63,711 nucleotides of DNA, filler included, from Lenisia limosa (GCA_001655205.1; 14 parts of 14 records of this genome joined end to end with filler, not necessarily neighbours in it), one strand, 5' to 3'; positions 49,028-60,457 are shown, counted from the whole stretch's first letter. Numbers and translations are program-made. Notes: generated from the sequence alone by a model not told the origin.

Positions 49028-49126
49028 TAGGGCTTCACTTCGGTTCGAAAAAACTGGATATCTCGATAAATCCTCGAAAACTATCGATATTTTAATACAA
49101 TTTTTCGAACCGAAGATGAAGCCCTT
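49028..49126. mobile_element. MITE-A full-length copy
   Basis: TAGGGCTTCACTTCGGTTCGAAAAAA...TTTTTCGAACCGAAGATGAAGCCCTT. Partial variants at 49961-50005 and 52954-53029. Confidence 0.85.
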
Positions 49127-50182
49127 GTGTCAGCGTGTAATTTTTATTTTTAGCGTGTTATTTCTCTTATTAATAAAGCTATTTTGTTAGAGAGTGTACC
49201 CCTTGTTTTTATTTCAATTACTCTTTATCTTACATTATAGACAAAGTGAGCCCCTCCCCCAGCAGTGTTTAAATTTTGAGGGAAGGTTTATAATAATGTA
49301 GTATTAATAACTTTACCAGTTACAAAAATGCCTGAATTATGGAAATTTGGGGAAATTTGGGATTATAGGGAATCCCGTGTTAGTTAATACTNNNNNNNNN
49401 NNNNNNNNNNNNNNNNNNNNNNNNNNNNNNNNNNNNNNNNNNNNNNNNNNNNNNNNNNNNNNNNNNNNNNNNNNNNNNNNNNNNNNNNNNNNNNNNNNNN
49501 NNNNNNNNNNNNNNNNNNNNNNNNNNNNNNNNNNNNNNNNNNNNNNNNNNNNNNNNNNNNNNNNNNNNNTGTCGGTCAATTATCATACGAGTGTAAGGAA
49601 TCATATCACTGCGTGGAAAATGACAGGTCACACGTGTGAAAATGATCCAAAAAGTGATATGAGTAATAAAAAACTTGGCTGAATAATAAGCGAACACTGC
49701 ATCAATATTATAGAAGAACCCCCCACACCCCAATAAAAAACATCATAATTACATAAAGTTGGACATTTGTACAGACTTGCCTCCAATAGAAGACTGCTTC
49801 CTTTTCCTGATACCTAGGAGAGAGGTGATTCAAATCGGAAATTGAAATGAGAGAAGAGGGGAGAGAATAAAAATGAAAAAACAAAATCCAAGTATTCGAA
49901 AGACATGCGCATTGGTCAATACGCGTTACTGATGGGAAGATCCATAAGAAAGAAAGGAATGGCTTCCCCGGTACCAAAAAAAGACTGAATTTCTCGATAA
50001 ATCGTAGGTTGATTTTGGGATTTGTTTTTGTTTTTTTCACCCCCCCCCCCNNNNNNNNNNNNNNNNNNNNNNNNNNNNNNNNNNNNNNNNNNNNNNNNNN
50101 NNNNNNNNNNNNNNNNNNNNNNNNNNNNNNNNNNNNNNNNNNNNNNNNNNNNNNNNNNNNNNNNNNNNNNNNNNNNNNNNNN

Positions 50183-50974
50183 NATAGCTACTGCCGATAC
50201 TGGCATGTTGGAGCCCGCAGAATCTGAATGGGTGGTTACTAGGGTTTTGGTTTCTGATGGAAAAGTTGTCTCAGATATCTGACCATCACCATCATCATCA
50301 TCACCATCATCAAACGACACCCCCCCCACCATCATCACATTCGCAAGCCCGACCCTCAGCTTGAGGCTTCAAAGAGGCGGAGCAGAGGGTGGACAGAGTC
50401 CCATCTTCAGCAACACACATTACNNNNNNNNNNNNNNNNNNNNNNNNNNNNNNNNNNNNNNNNNNNNNNNNNNNNNNNNNNNNNNNNNNNNNNNNNNNNN
50501 NNNNNNNNNNNNNNNNNNNNNNCATGAATCCCTCCCTCCCGCTAACTGTCACAGTCACATTCTGAGTACTCCATCTGTCTCCTAAAAAGGTCATGTTTTC
50601 GTTAGACACAAAGCGATAAAAGTGGCATTTTTATGAACAGAATTAAATAAAATGTCGATTTGTCACAAAGACGTTTTTTTTGAGCCATCCTGTTTTTATA
50701 CAATCCAAATTTCTTTATGAGATGGGGAGGCACATAGAAAGCTGTGTTCACAATGTTGTAAAGCATATGATTGGGTGAATAAATATTTTACTTTGCTTTT
50801 TTACTCTGTATCCAAAACTTCAATTCTCCAACAGTAAAGGCCCTCATACCAAACGCTCAAAGAAGCAGTAATGCTCTCAACTGTGCTACAGACTTCGTTG
50901 AAGCACATACCCTTGCCGGCCGTCTCGTCTCCCGGATCTATCCAGCATGGGACCCCATTTTCCGCTCCCGGCCT
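50183..50974 (-). CDS. Fragment of a Cys-rich surface protein, possibly ADAM/disintegrin-like
   Basis: PGAENGVPCWIDPGDETAGKGMCFNEVCSTVESI resembles the end of a disintegrin domain (GTPC...G.C..G.C). It is followed by further Cys-containing exons (VMCVAEDGTLSTLCSASLKPQAEGRACEC) and a Ser/Thr-rich stalk. Interrupted by N gaps. Confidence 0.4.
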
Positions 50975-51449
50975 GGTGGGGGGGGGGGGGNNNNNNNNNN
51001 NNNNNNNNNNNNNNNNNNNNNNNNNNNNNNNNNNTTAATTAATTAANNNNNNNNNNNNNNNNNNNNNNNNNNNNNNNNNNNNNNNNNNNNGATCCCCCCC
51101 CCCCTACATGGGTACTTTTTGTTGACGAAACACGAGGCAGACACAGAGTAAAAGAGAAATAACGACAATCCATCCAAGAATCTGAAAAAAAAATAAAAAA
51201 AAAATCATAAAACAGTTAATCCCATCCAACAGTTAAATCTTATAAAAACAGTTAATCATAAAACACTAAAAAACATAAAACAGTTAAGTAGAGATAAGTG
51301 AAAATTTAAACACCGATAAGTCACAAAAACAGATTACATGTTGTAAAAGCTGTTAAATCATAATAAGACTACCGATCAAATATTAATGTTTGACATACAG
51401 ACTGGACTGTGTTTATTAAAGAATTGACAAAAAAAACTGTAATTAGCCT

Positions 51450-53270
51450 TTCGTTGTATCAAGTGGGAGCCGCAACAAGATACTTCCCTGTCCTTCACAA
51501 ACCTTAACAAGCCTGTTTGACTTAAGGAGCCATCTTTTCAGCATAAACAGCTTCACTCGCTGTTGATCTGACAGGATTGCCATCCTAGTGCTGTTCTTCA
51601 TGAAATATAGAGTGAATATATATTATGATGCTATTATGCGTTGAAAGGGGGTATAGGTGTTGACACTCGTGCTCGTTCTTCCTGTTTTGAAAAGCAAAGT
51701 AATATAAATACCCCAGAATGATCAAAGCAAAAATTTGGACAATTACCGGCTACAGTTGAATATAAATGGAATAACACAACTATGTAGTCTTAATTTAGTG
51801 TAAAGAAACTCAGCAAAGGTATTGTAAGAATAGTTCTCAATGCGCACATCCTTTGATAGAGGACGAAGTCCTAAGCCTGAGCAGTTTCCGCCTAAAAAGA
51901 GTGCCTGGAGGGAGGCGTCAGTCCAGTTATCTCGCAACTTGGAGGCTCTGGAATGCTCAAATCAAGGAGAATCCTCTAATTCCCTCGGAACATCTCTTAA
52001 TCTTCAGCAATTATTGGAGAAAAAGACCTCTAATTCCGAACAAGACTTTCAGCGATATAATAAAAGCTATCTCTGCAGCCAGTTTGTGAGTAGCTTCATT
52101 TTAATGGCATGGCTTTTCTTTTTGAACTTTATTTCGGAGGTGATGTACGGAACAGGAGCGACTTTGGTAGGAATTTTTGCTATTTCACTCTTTAGAACGC
52201 CCGTTTCTGGATAGGCTTCCCTTGTTTTGTTGGCTTTCTTGTGACCGGAAGTGGGGCAGTGCTTCCTGAGGCCGTTTTCGTGGAGACCGTTGCGATTGTG
52301 ATCTGGATTATGGCAGTAGGCTGGGTTTTCATCTCCTCTCCTCTCCACTCCCTTGAAATAGAAGACCATTAGCATTTTTAAGTATATTGATGCAACTTTC
52401 AGTCCTTTGTCAGCTCACTAGCCCTCTTAGATCACTTGTCACATTACGTGGCTCACCATATCCGACGTTGTTTGTCCCTGTAACCCCTACAACATCGCTG
52501 TGTCAATGCTGATATTCCTGGTCCTTATCACAGCGACGGGTCTCAGCACCTACTCCACTCTTTACATTTGTGTTGTATGAGGGATCTTGCGTGTGGAATG
52601 AAGAAGGACTTTTCTGTCACTTTTCTGTTCTTGAGCTTATGCGGAATATCATTGGGAGGGCATTTTAGGGTGGATAACAATGGAAGTGGAAGGATATTGA
52701 GACACGTCATGGTCTGATAAAATGCCCAACCAACGGGTCTGGTCCGCTTTAATGTCAATAACACTGTGGTATCCAAACGGCCTAGATTTCTGTCATAAGT
52801 ATCCACATACCTCCTCATTTTCTCTGGATTTTTGATTACCTGGGAACAGTTGTTTTTTGATACAAAATTACTGAATTAAACAATATTAAACAACAAATAT
52901 ATTTTTAGTGTAATGAAAATTACACTGTACATTAATTCAATATCTCTTATAAGTGGGGCTTTCCCGCAGACCAAAAAAAACACGCGGTAAAAACCCGCGG
53001 TAAAATATCGATATTTGACGAGGATTTATNNNNNNNNNNNNNNNNNNNNNNNNNNNNNNNNNNNNNNNNNNNNNNNNNNNNNNNNNNNNNNNNNNNNNNN
53101 NNNNNNNNNNNNNNNNNNNNATCTGAATATCAACACTCGTCTGTAGTAAAATGAGACAAGTAAAGTGTTGTGTATGTTATGACAAACCTGGGCCATTATC
53201 CTTCCGTCCTTACAATACACATGAAAATTTCCCCATTGAAGATCGGAATTACTCCCCAAGACCCCATCCC
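51450..53270 (-). CDS. Probable fragment of an unidentified spliced gene
   Basis: Exon joins such as VIKNPEKMR|SVIDIKADQTRWLGILSDHD with canonical GT-AG sites. No family recognised and boundaries uncertain. Confidence 0.3.
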
Positions 53271-53398
53271 CCAGAATGATTTTTCATTTATACATTGATA
53301 TCATCAGAACACTTGTTGGGTCATTTTCACACAAGTGAACTATCATTTTCTACCCATATTACATATCCACTGTGGTAATTGATAAAAGTCTGTCATAT

Positions 53399-53495
53399 GA
53401 GGGCTTCACTTCGGTTTGAAAAATGACCGTATTTATCGATAAATCCTCGAAAATATCGATATTTTAACAGTCTTTTCGAACCGAAGTGAAACCAA
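53399..53495. mobile_element. MITE-A full-length copy
   Basis: GAGGGCTTCACTTCGGTTTGAAAAA...TTTTCGAACCGAAGTGAAACCAA. Confidence 0.8.
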
Positions 53496-53574
53496 AGTCA
53501 TTCGGTCATATCACTAACCTCCAATACTGAACTGACAGAGTTGATTCTGGGGGTATTAACTTACTTTACCCTAT

Positions 53575-53625
53575 ATGGGATGCGGGGCTGCAGAAGCGAC
53601 TGATCTGGTCTTTGTTTGTTTTGGT
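53575..53625 (+). repeat. Short dispersed repeat C (~35-50 bp)
   Basis: ATGGGATGCG(G/T)GCTGCAGAAGCGACTG...TTTGTTTGTTTTG at 53575 (+), 57038 (+), 58214-58250 (-) and 61950-61990 (-), with a fragment near 43407. Confidence 0.7.
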
Positions 53626-53841
53626 GTAATCAACCCTCATGTNNNNNNNNNNNNNNNNNNNNNNNNNNNNNNNNNNNNNNNNNNNNTTAATTAATTAANN
53701 NNNNNNNNNNNNNNNNNNNNNNNNNNNNNNNNNNNNNNNNNNGGATGTCTCTAGCCACCCCCCAAGCCTCATCACAATCCAAGTCCCTCAACGAATTTCA
53801 TAATCGAACACTGCAGCGGTGCGCTCCAAGCGTCTTTTTGA

Positions 53842-53943
53842 TGAGACTTCACTTCGGTTTCTACAAAAAACTGAATGTCTCGATAAAATCCTCGAAAATT
53901 ATCGATATTTTCCCGAGTTTGTTCGAACCGAAGTGAAGCCCTA
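53842..53943. mobile_element. MITE-A full-length copy with perfect 8-bp TSD
   Basis: CTTTTTGA (53834-53841) | TGAGACTTCACTTCGGTT...GAACCGAAGTGAAGCCCTA | CTTTTTGA (53944-53951). Further partial copies at 53967-54031, 54718-54757, 54990-55050 and 55150-55230. Confidence 0.9.
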
Positions 53944-55469
53944 CTTTTTGAACAAGAATATATGTATATATCGATATTATTCGAGGATTTATCGGAAAAT
54001 TCAATCATTTTCTGATCGGAGTGAAGCCCTATGTCTAACTCATGTAATCTCCAATTTAATTGCAACGCAAAAATAAATGAATTTTTCGATATTTCCTTGA
54101 GAAATATGATGTCAGCCAATAGAGTTAATTTTGGGCTTTTTTGTTTCATATTTTCCAATTTTATCCCCTCCCCTCATATAATCCCCCCACAGAACGCCCT
54201 CTATATCCGGTCCACATTCTGATTTAACCGCTACCAGTCCCTCAATGCCGGCTATACAGAGAGCTAGTGGGGGGGGGGGNNNNNNNNNNNNNNNNNNNNN
54301 NNNNNNNNNNNNNNNNNNNNNNNNNNNNNNNNNNNNNNNNNNNNNNNNNNNNNNNNNNNNNNNNNNNNNNNNNNNNNNNNNNNNTGTGTATGGGAGGTGG
54401 GATATTGATAGAAGGCTAGTTTTTTTCTCCTTTCTCCTTTCTCCTTTCTCCGTTCTCCGTTCTCCTCTTTATAAAGGCCCTTAGTTGTCTTCACCAAAAT
54501 TAACAATATCAAAAATGTGNNNNNNNNNNNNNNNNNNNNNNNNNNNNNNNNNNNNNNNNNNNNNNNNNNNNNNNNNNNNNNNNNNNNNNNNNNNNNNNNN
54601 NNNNNNNNNNNNNNNNNNNNNNNNNNNNNNNNNNNNNNNNNNNNNNNNNNNNNNNNNNNNNNNNNNNNNNNNNNNNNNNNNNNNNNNNNNNNNNNNNNNN
54701 NNNNNNNNNNNNNNNNNACTTCGGTTCAGTCTTTTTTCGAAACAAAGTGAAGCCTAGGAAAATTGGGAGGGGAGGGGGGTAAAATTGCAACATTTATGAA
54801 AAACACAACCCCAAAATCAACTATGTGTTGGTTAGTTGGGGATGAAAAGGGGTAAAGGATGTTTTTGTTTGGACCAGGTGATGCGCTTTGGTGTATATGT
54901 ATAGTATGCAGTGACCGGGATTAGTCTTGACAGACTTTCCTTGAGAAATCACATTGCAAATCGGCCAAGACTTAACCCCCCTCCAATAAATTTCGCGATA
55001 AACCCTCTATAAATATCAATATTTTAACGGTCTTTTTCGGAAGCCCTACCGATCACACCCCAGATGCCCCAAGGACTACCGACAGTATATCTTCCCCTGG
55101 TACCCCAAATCGCCTAGGTGAGTATTTTTCAAGGTTGAGGACATGATGAAAGCTGCACTTTCGGTTCAAAAAAAGGCTGAATTTTCGATGAATCCATGAT
55201 AAACTTACCGATATTTTTCTGTCTTTTTAAAGCAAAAATTAAGCGACAGAAATTATTGATTTTGGGTATTGTTTTTTTGTTTCATATATTGTCCAGTATT
55301 ACCTCCCAGCCACATACCTCCCTTCCCCTCCGGCCTTGGCGTTCCGGACCGAATNNNNNNNNNNNNNNNNNNNNNNNNNNNNNNNNNNNNNNNNNNNNTT
55401 AATTAATTAANNNNNNNNNNNNNNNNNNNNNNNNNNNNNNNNNNNNNNNNNNNNCCCCCCCCCCCCCAG

Positions 55470-56985
55470 GCGACAATCAGGCTTGCCAAGACGCACTCCT
55501 CAACGCGGCCCGCGCCGTCTCAGGCAACGCCCAAGGCATGACTAAGGTGGGGGGAGGGGGTACAGAAGAGTTACTGTTGAAAACTGGGGGTATATAAAAA
55601 GTAGTACTGGACCGGGTTTTCATTTCTGTGTGTTTTCCCAATTTTTGAGTCAACAGAGTTGATTCTGATTTGTTTTTTGTTTCAAATTCCACCAATTCCC
55701 GTCAGGTTATTTCTCTCACGCCTCAGGTAGCACGCGTGGTGGTTGACAATCCCTCCAGCATCCCTGCACAGACCGACCTCTCAGACTCAGCCAAGGTTGG
55801 AGAGAGGGGGTACGTAGAGGTATTGGATTATAGTAGTAATATTAATTCACCCAATCATTTGCCTTACAACAAGATTTGGAGAGAGGAGGTACGTAGTCAT
55901 ATGGGAACCTCTAATGCACAGAGTTGTAAGACAAATGATTGGGTGAATTAATAATTTAGTATAATCCAATATCTCTTATAAGCGTGATGATGTGGACAGC
56001 TTCGGCCAGATACAACCTTATTTTGTATTTCTTATTGCTATCTTGGGGCTAATTAGGACCTCACTTCTACAAAAAAGACTGGGACGTTATTGATAATAAT
56101 TGAAGATTTATCGAGGACTAATCGAGAACGTAGGGAACTCTTAGTAGCCCAATCTTAACATTATCAAGCTCAGTCTTAGCATTACCATACCAATCAAATT
56201 GCCCAATCTTAACATAACTAGGTCATGTCGGAGTCGGTATCGAAGCTTCTGACAGAAGTCCGCAAATACGCCCCTGGAATGCAGGATTGCGACAAGGCCC
56301 AAGCTGCTATGGCTGCAGCATCCCAGGACCTTGATCAGGCCATTACTAAGGTGGGAGAGGCCATTGCTAAAGTGAGAGATGCCATTACTAAGGTGATGTT
56401 CACTGAAGCGCATTATCTTTTCATTATATGCATGTTCATTGTGTATTTATTATACTATGGGGTCACCCGGATATAACTTTTTTTGTATTTCCCATCTCTA
56501 CTACATAGTGTCTAGCCCCTCACCTCTTTAGGCCAGTCTCGCCTCTCTGGAGAAGGCTGATGGTGCGCTCATGGATCACGTTGACGTGCAGCTGCAAGCT
56601 ACCAAGGTGAGGTGGTAATGATGAAAAGGTGGTGGATGAAAAGGTGACGATGATGATGATAAGGTGATAAGGATGATGGTGATAATGTGATGATGATGAT
56701 GATGATGGTGATGATAAGATGGTGTGGTGGTGATGGATATAGGTGTGTCAGTAATCACACACTTCATGAGATTCGTTTGCCAAATTCACCTTTTACCAGA
56801 TTGTGCGTTGTTCTTTTTTTATTTTTCCGTTTTTTTTTTTTTTAGATTATTGTGCGTTTTTATATTTAGCCAATCTCAAAGCTCACATTCACCGCCCTTC
56901 CCCCTAGGCCTCCGATGCCCTCCTGGCAAAGCTCAACGAAGCTGCCTCCAACTCTCCGGCCGCCCTCGGACGGCAGGCATTGGAT
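55470..56985 (+). CDS. TLN: Talin rod domain fragment (region of R5-R6 helical bundles)
   Basis: DNQACQDALLNAARAVSGNAQGMTK|VARVVVDNPSSIPAQTDLSDSAK|VMSESVSKLLTEVRKYAPGMQDCDKAQAAMAAASQDL...|ASDALLAKLNEAASNSPAALGRQ matches the talin pattern (AKAVTQALNRCVSCLPGQRDVDNA; APGQKECDNA; LVQASRGTPQDLARA). Confidence 0.85.
55915..56035 (-). repeat. Dispersed repeat B (~150 bp), near full-length copy in a talin intron
   Basis: Consensus AAATGAGAAATAACAAGGTTGTATCTGGCCGAAGCCGTCCACATCATCACGCTTATAAGAGATATTGGATTATA...AATTCACCCAATCATTTGCCTTACAACTCTGTGCACACAGCTTTCT. Other copies: 57405-57482, 62800-62928 and 63362-63487 (+); 39545-39640, 47525-47580 and 50735-50785 (-); fragments at 23340, 43200, 55821, 58470 and 59390. 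Confidence 0.85.
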
Positions 56986-57189
56986 GTGGGGGAGGGAGTA
57001 ATGGAATATGGGAGTTTTTCATCAATTTCTAATTTTGATGGGATGCGGTGCTGCAGAAGGAGGACTTTGTTTGTTTTGTNNNNNNNNNNNNNNNNNNNNN
57101 NNNNNNNNNNNNNNNNNNNNNNNTTAATTAATTAANNNNNNNNNNNNNNNNNNNNNNNNNNNNNNNNNNNNNNNNNNNNCCCCTACCTC

Positions 57190-60036
57190 CTTCAAAAGTT
57201 CGCGAACAGTCATGACGTCATCACTTTCAAGCTGTGTAAGGACAAAATGAAGGTCTTGGGCTCTGTGTGACCAAAACGACTGGGGAGGGGGGAGGTGAAC
57301 GTCTTTAAAGAATTTGAACGAATCGTAAGGGGAAGAAGGTCTGACAACGAAATTACAATATAAGTACCATGAGACTTCATCCCCCCTTTTCTCTCATAAA
57401 CAAAGAAATGAGAAATAACAAGGTTGTATCTGTCCGAAGCCGTCCACATCATCACGCTTATAAGAGATATTGAATTATAGTAAAATAATCATATTAACCC
57501 CCCNNNNNNNNNNNNNNNNNNNNNNNNNNNNNNNNNNNNNNNNNNNNNNNNNNNNNNNNNNNNNNNNACCATCATATAGTAATCATATAGTATCCCACAT
57601 ACCACTTCCTCCAACGGTCCGGGGTAGAGGGTGCCCTTTAGACATTCATCAGACGACCGGCCGAGCACATCCTGATAATTATATGGCGGTTGTCAGTCAG
57701 GCTTCATTTCGGTTCGAAAAAGACAGGTAAAATTTCAATAGTTTTCGAGGAATATTCGAGAAATTCAGTCTTTTTTTCCAACCGAAGTGAAGCCCTAGTT
57801 GTCATTGAATGCGGCGATGGTATACTGTAGAACCCATATTATTTCACGCTAATACGGTTTATACGTTCAAAACAGTCAAAATCACAATCATCAACATCCC
57901 CATATTAGACAAGTCCCCCCTACCCAGATCTGATGAGTCCATCCCGCCACGGCCTCCTCAACAGAGTGGATAACTACGGCGTCCTGAGCCGCGGTCGCCA
58001 CATCCAAAGCCTCGCCGCCATTTGGAAGAGGGAGTACCGTGTGACCCTGGGGCGGGGGGGGGGGGTTNNNNNNNNNNNNNNNNNNNNNNNNNNNNNNNNN
58101 NNNNNNNNNNNNNNNNNNNNNNNNNNNNNNNNNNNNNNNNNNNNNNNNNNNNNNNNNNNNNNNNNNNNNNNNNNNNNNNNNNNNNNNNNNNNNNNNNNNN
58201 NNNNNNNNNNNNNGGCCAGTCGCTTCAGCAGCAATGCATCCCATCACTCCATCGTACATACAATGGGACATTTATTGAAGGAAAATGAAGGAATTTTCGA
58301 TGAAACTCCAAACATGGTTGATAAGAACTATATTATATGATATGATATATGATTTCTAGGGGGGGGGGTGTTTCCGGAAATGATACTTTGGNNNNNNNNN
58401 NNNNNNNNNNNNNNNNNNNNNNNNNNNNNNNNNNNNNNNNNNNNNNNNNNNNNNATGTCTATGATGAGAAATAAAACTAGGAAGCCTGGCCGAAGCCGTC
58501 CACTCCATAAACCTCCCACAATCCATATATATCCCCCATACCCCCCGGACGCCGACGGTGACTGAAGTATCAGCCATGAGGGTGTGGAAATGCCGCATTA
58601 CGTCCTAAATATATAAAAGTTGCTGGGGGGTATAAAATGTCTGAGGGGAGAGTAAACCTTGGAGTGTACGGATTTGTTAATTAAAAATGAATTTGGGGTA
58701 CAGTTGTGGCGATTTGTGACCAAAATCAGAGCCAAATTTGTACTCTTCTCCGAAGTTTCATTTTGGTTTCGAGACCAGCTTATCCCACTCTTAAGTTTCA
58801 TCCAGGTTTGGAGCCAGTAGGGCTCCACTTCGGTTAAAAAAAAAGACTGAATTTCTCGATAAATCCTCGAAAATTATCGACAATTTACCGGTCTTTTTTG
58901 AACCGAAGTGAAGCCCAAGAGACCAGCTTTGATCTCACCTGAGTCAGCACATCAGGCCACTTCGCGGTAGTTTGGGGGTTTTTGAGAATTGGGGAGAACA
59001 CATTGCCTAGGACCGAGGCAAGTTGCTCTGGGGGGGGGGGGGNNNNNNNNNNNNNNNNNNNNNNNNNNNNNNNNNNNNNNNNNNNNNNNNNNNNNNNNNN
59101 NNNNNNNNNNNNNNNNNNNNNNNNNNNNNNNNNNNNNNNNNNNNNNNNNNNNNNNNNNNNNNNNNNNNNNNNNNNNNNNNNNNNNNNNNNNNNNNNNNNN
59201 NNNNNNNNNNNNNNNNNNNNNNNNNNNNNNNNNNNNNNNNNNNNNNNNNNNNNNNNNNNNNNNNNNNNNNNNNTCATTGTAAAAACATACTACTTGAGCT
59301 CACCTCAAAATTTGAAATTTATTAATAATTGTCAGAGTTACTAAAAAGAACCCAACAGAAGTTTTTTCAGAAATTGTCTACTTTTACGCAGCTGGCCGAA
59401 GCCGTCCACACGATCATATATATAGAGATGAGCAAGAAAACAAGGATGCATCCGGCCGTTCCCCATTCACTGTCCATGAACCATAACTGAACTACCCATT
59501 ACATGAAACGGTATCAACATAAATAAATATATTTATACCTCCTAGCATGAAATTCCCATCTTATGTGATTATGAACCTATCCCGAAAAACAGAAAGCAAA
59601 TATCCTACTTCCCCACTCACCAAAACGGTTTTGGCAAAGTTCACCAAAAACCAGTGAAGTAAGATCTTCTTCCCCGACAACAAATGCCTGCAACAATAAG
59701 GACTCGCCTCCAATTTCCGTGAACATGTTGGCAGAGAACAACCCGACTTACGGAGCGCTTAAGGAGGTAGAAGAGTTTCTTTTTGAAGATAGCAGGGAAC
59801 TCGGGCGCAACGATAATCTGATCCTGCTGGTTTGTGTAGAATACGATCGTCTGGGACGCGGTTGTCTCAAGAAACGTCAGAAGGGCGCGGTTGTTTTCTT
59901 CTGTGGTGAAGGAGGCGACGATTTTGTCGAATTTAACCCTGAATGAGCTGACAAGTCTGTTGGCAAGCCAGATGAGGCGAGGGTCGGAGAGGGAAGGGAG
60001 AACTTCCTCTTCAATGGCGTTGTTAGAAGAAGACAT
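57190..60036 (-). CDS. DNAH9/11/17: Outer-arm dynein beta-type heavy chain, N-terminal tail (truncated by scaffold end)
   Basis: MSSSNNAIEEEVLPSLSDPRLIWLANRLVSSFRVKFDKIVASFTTEENNRALLTFLE...EFPAIFKKKLFYLLKR; LVFGELCQNRF|EQLASVLGNVFSPILKNPQTTAKWPDVLTQ; GHTVLPLP...VIHSVEEAVAGWTHQI; DVLGRSSDECLKGTLYPGPLEE. Collinear with the DNAH17-type N-terminus (DVRLEYL...EENVAL...GFPQSLKSKGVYFIK...GKTLLPIP...LLHAIETTIIDWSHQI). Confidence 0.9.
57697..57797. mobile_element. MITE-A full-length copy in a dynein intron, 8-bp TSD with one mismatch
   Basis: GTTGTCAG (57689-57696) | element | GTTGTCAT (57798-57805). Confidence 0.88.
58818..58918. mobile_element. MITE-A full-length copy in a dynein intron (opposite internal orientation)
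   Basis: TAGGGCTCCACTTCGGTTAAAAAAAAGAC...GTCTTTTTTGAACCGAAGTGAAGCCCAA. Flanks GGAGCCAG / GAGACCAG (5/8, possibly a diverged TSD). Confidence 0.85.
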
Positions 60037-60457
60037 GGTTGGTTGTGGAAGAGAAAAGGTAAGAAAGTTTTAAATAGAAGAAGTAATTAACGCTAGAAAC
60101 GCTAGGTTATTTAGTGAAGAAAAAAGAATCAAAGACGGTTGTTACCCATGGTATGATATGGAGTTGTCTAACGATGTTAAAGAGAGTAAGAAGGAGAGAA
60201 GGCCAAAAATCGCGAAACATAATTTCATAAATGACGGTCGGAAGTCGGTAAGTCCGGTTCTTTTGTAGTTCATTTGAGGTCATCCACTTTTTCTTCAGTT
60301 GGATTTTTGAAAAAGGGCGCCTCTTTCCACGCTACCTCCCGCTAAAAGTGCATTATTGAGATACGGAGCCTGTTTACGCCCAAAAGCAGCCTGTAACCTT
60401 CACTCCCCTTTCCCGCCTTTTCTCCCCTCTTCTCTTGTTCCTCAGTAGCCACCCCCA
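60037..60457. promoter_or_regulatory. Probable bidirectional promoter between the dynein heavy chain and p24 genes
   Basis: About 420 bp between divergent starts. No motif assigned. Confidence 0.35.

Noticed and set aside
51740-52760. Non-LTR retrotransposon RT motifs (ALFLGGNCSGLGL; TRWLGI) and a gag-like Cys/His cluster
   Set aside because: Spacing and order are wrong for an RT domain, no YADD-type core is present, and the pieces fit a spliced host gene equally well.
11862-59344. Numerous 60-225-aa ORFs containing X runs in the supplied track
   Set aside because: They stay open only because N gaps hide stop codons.
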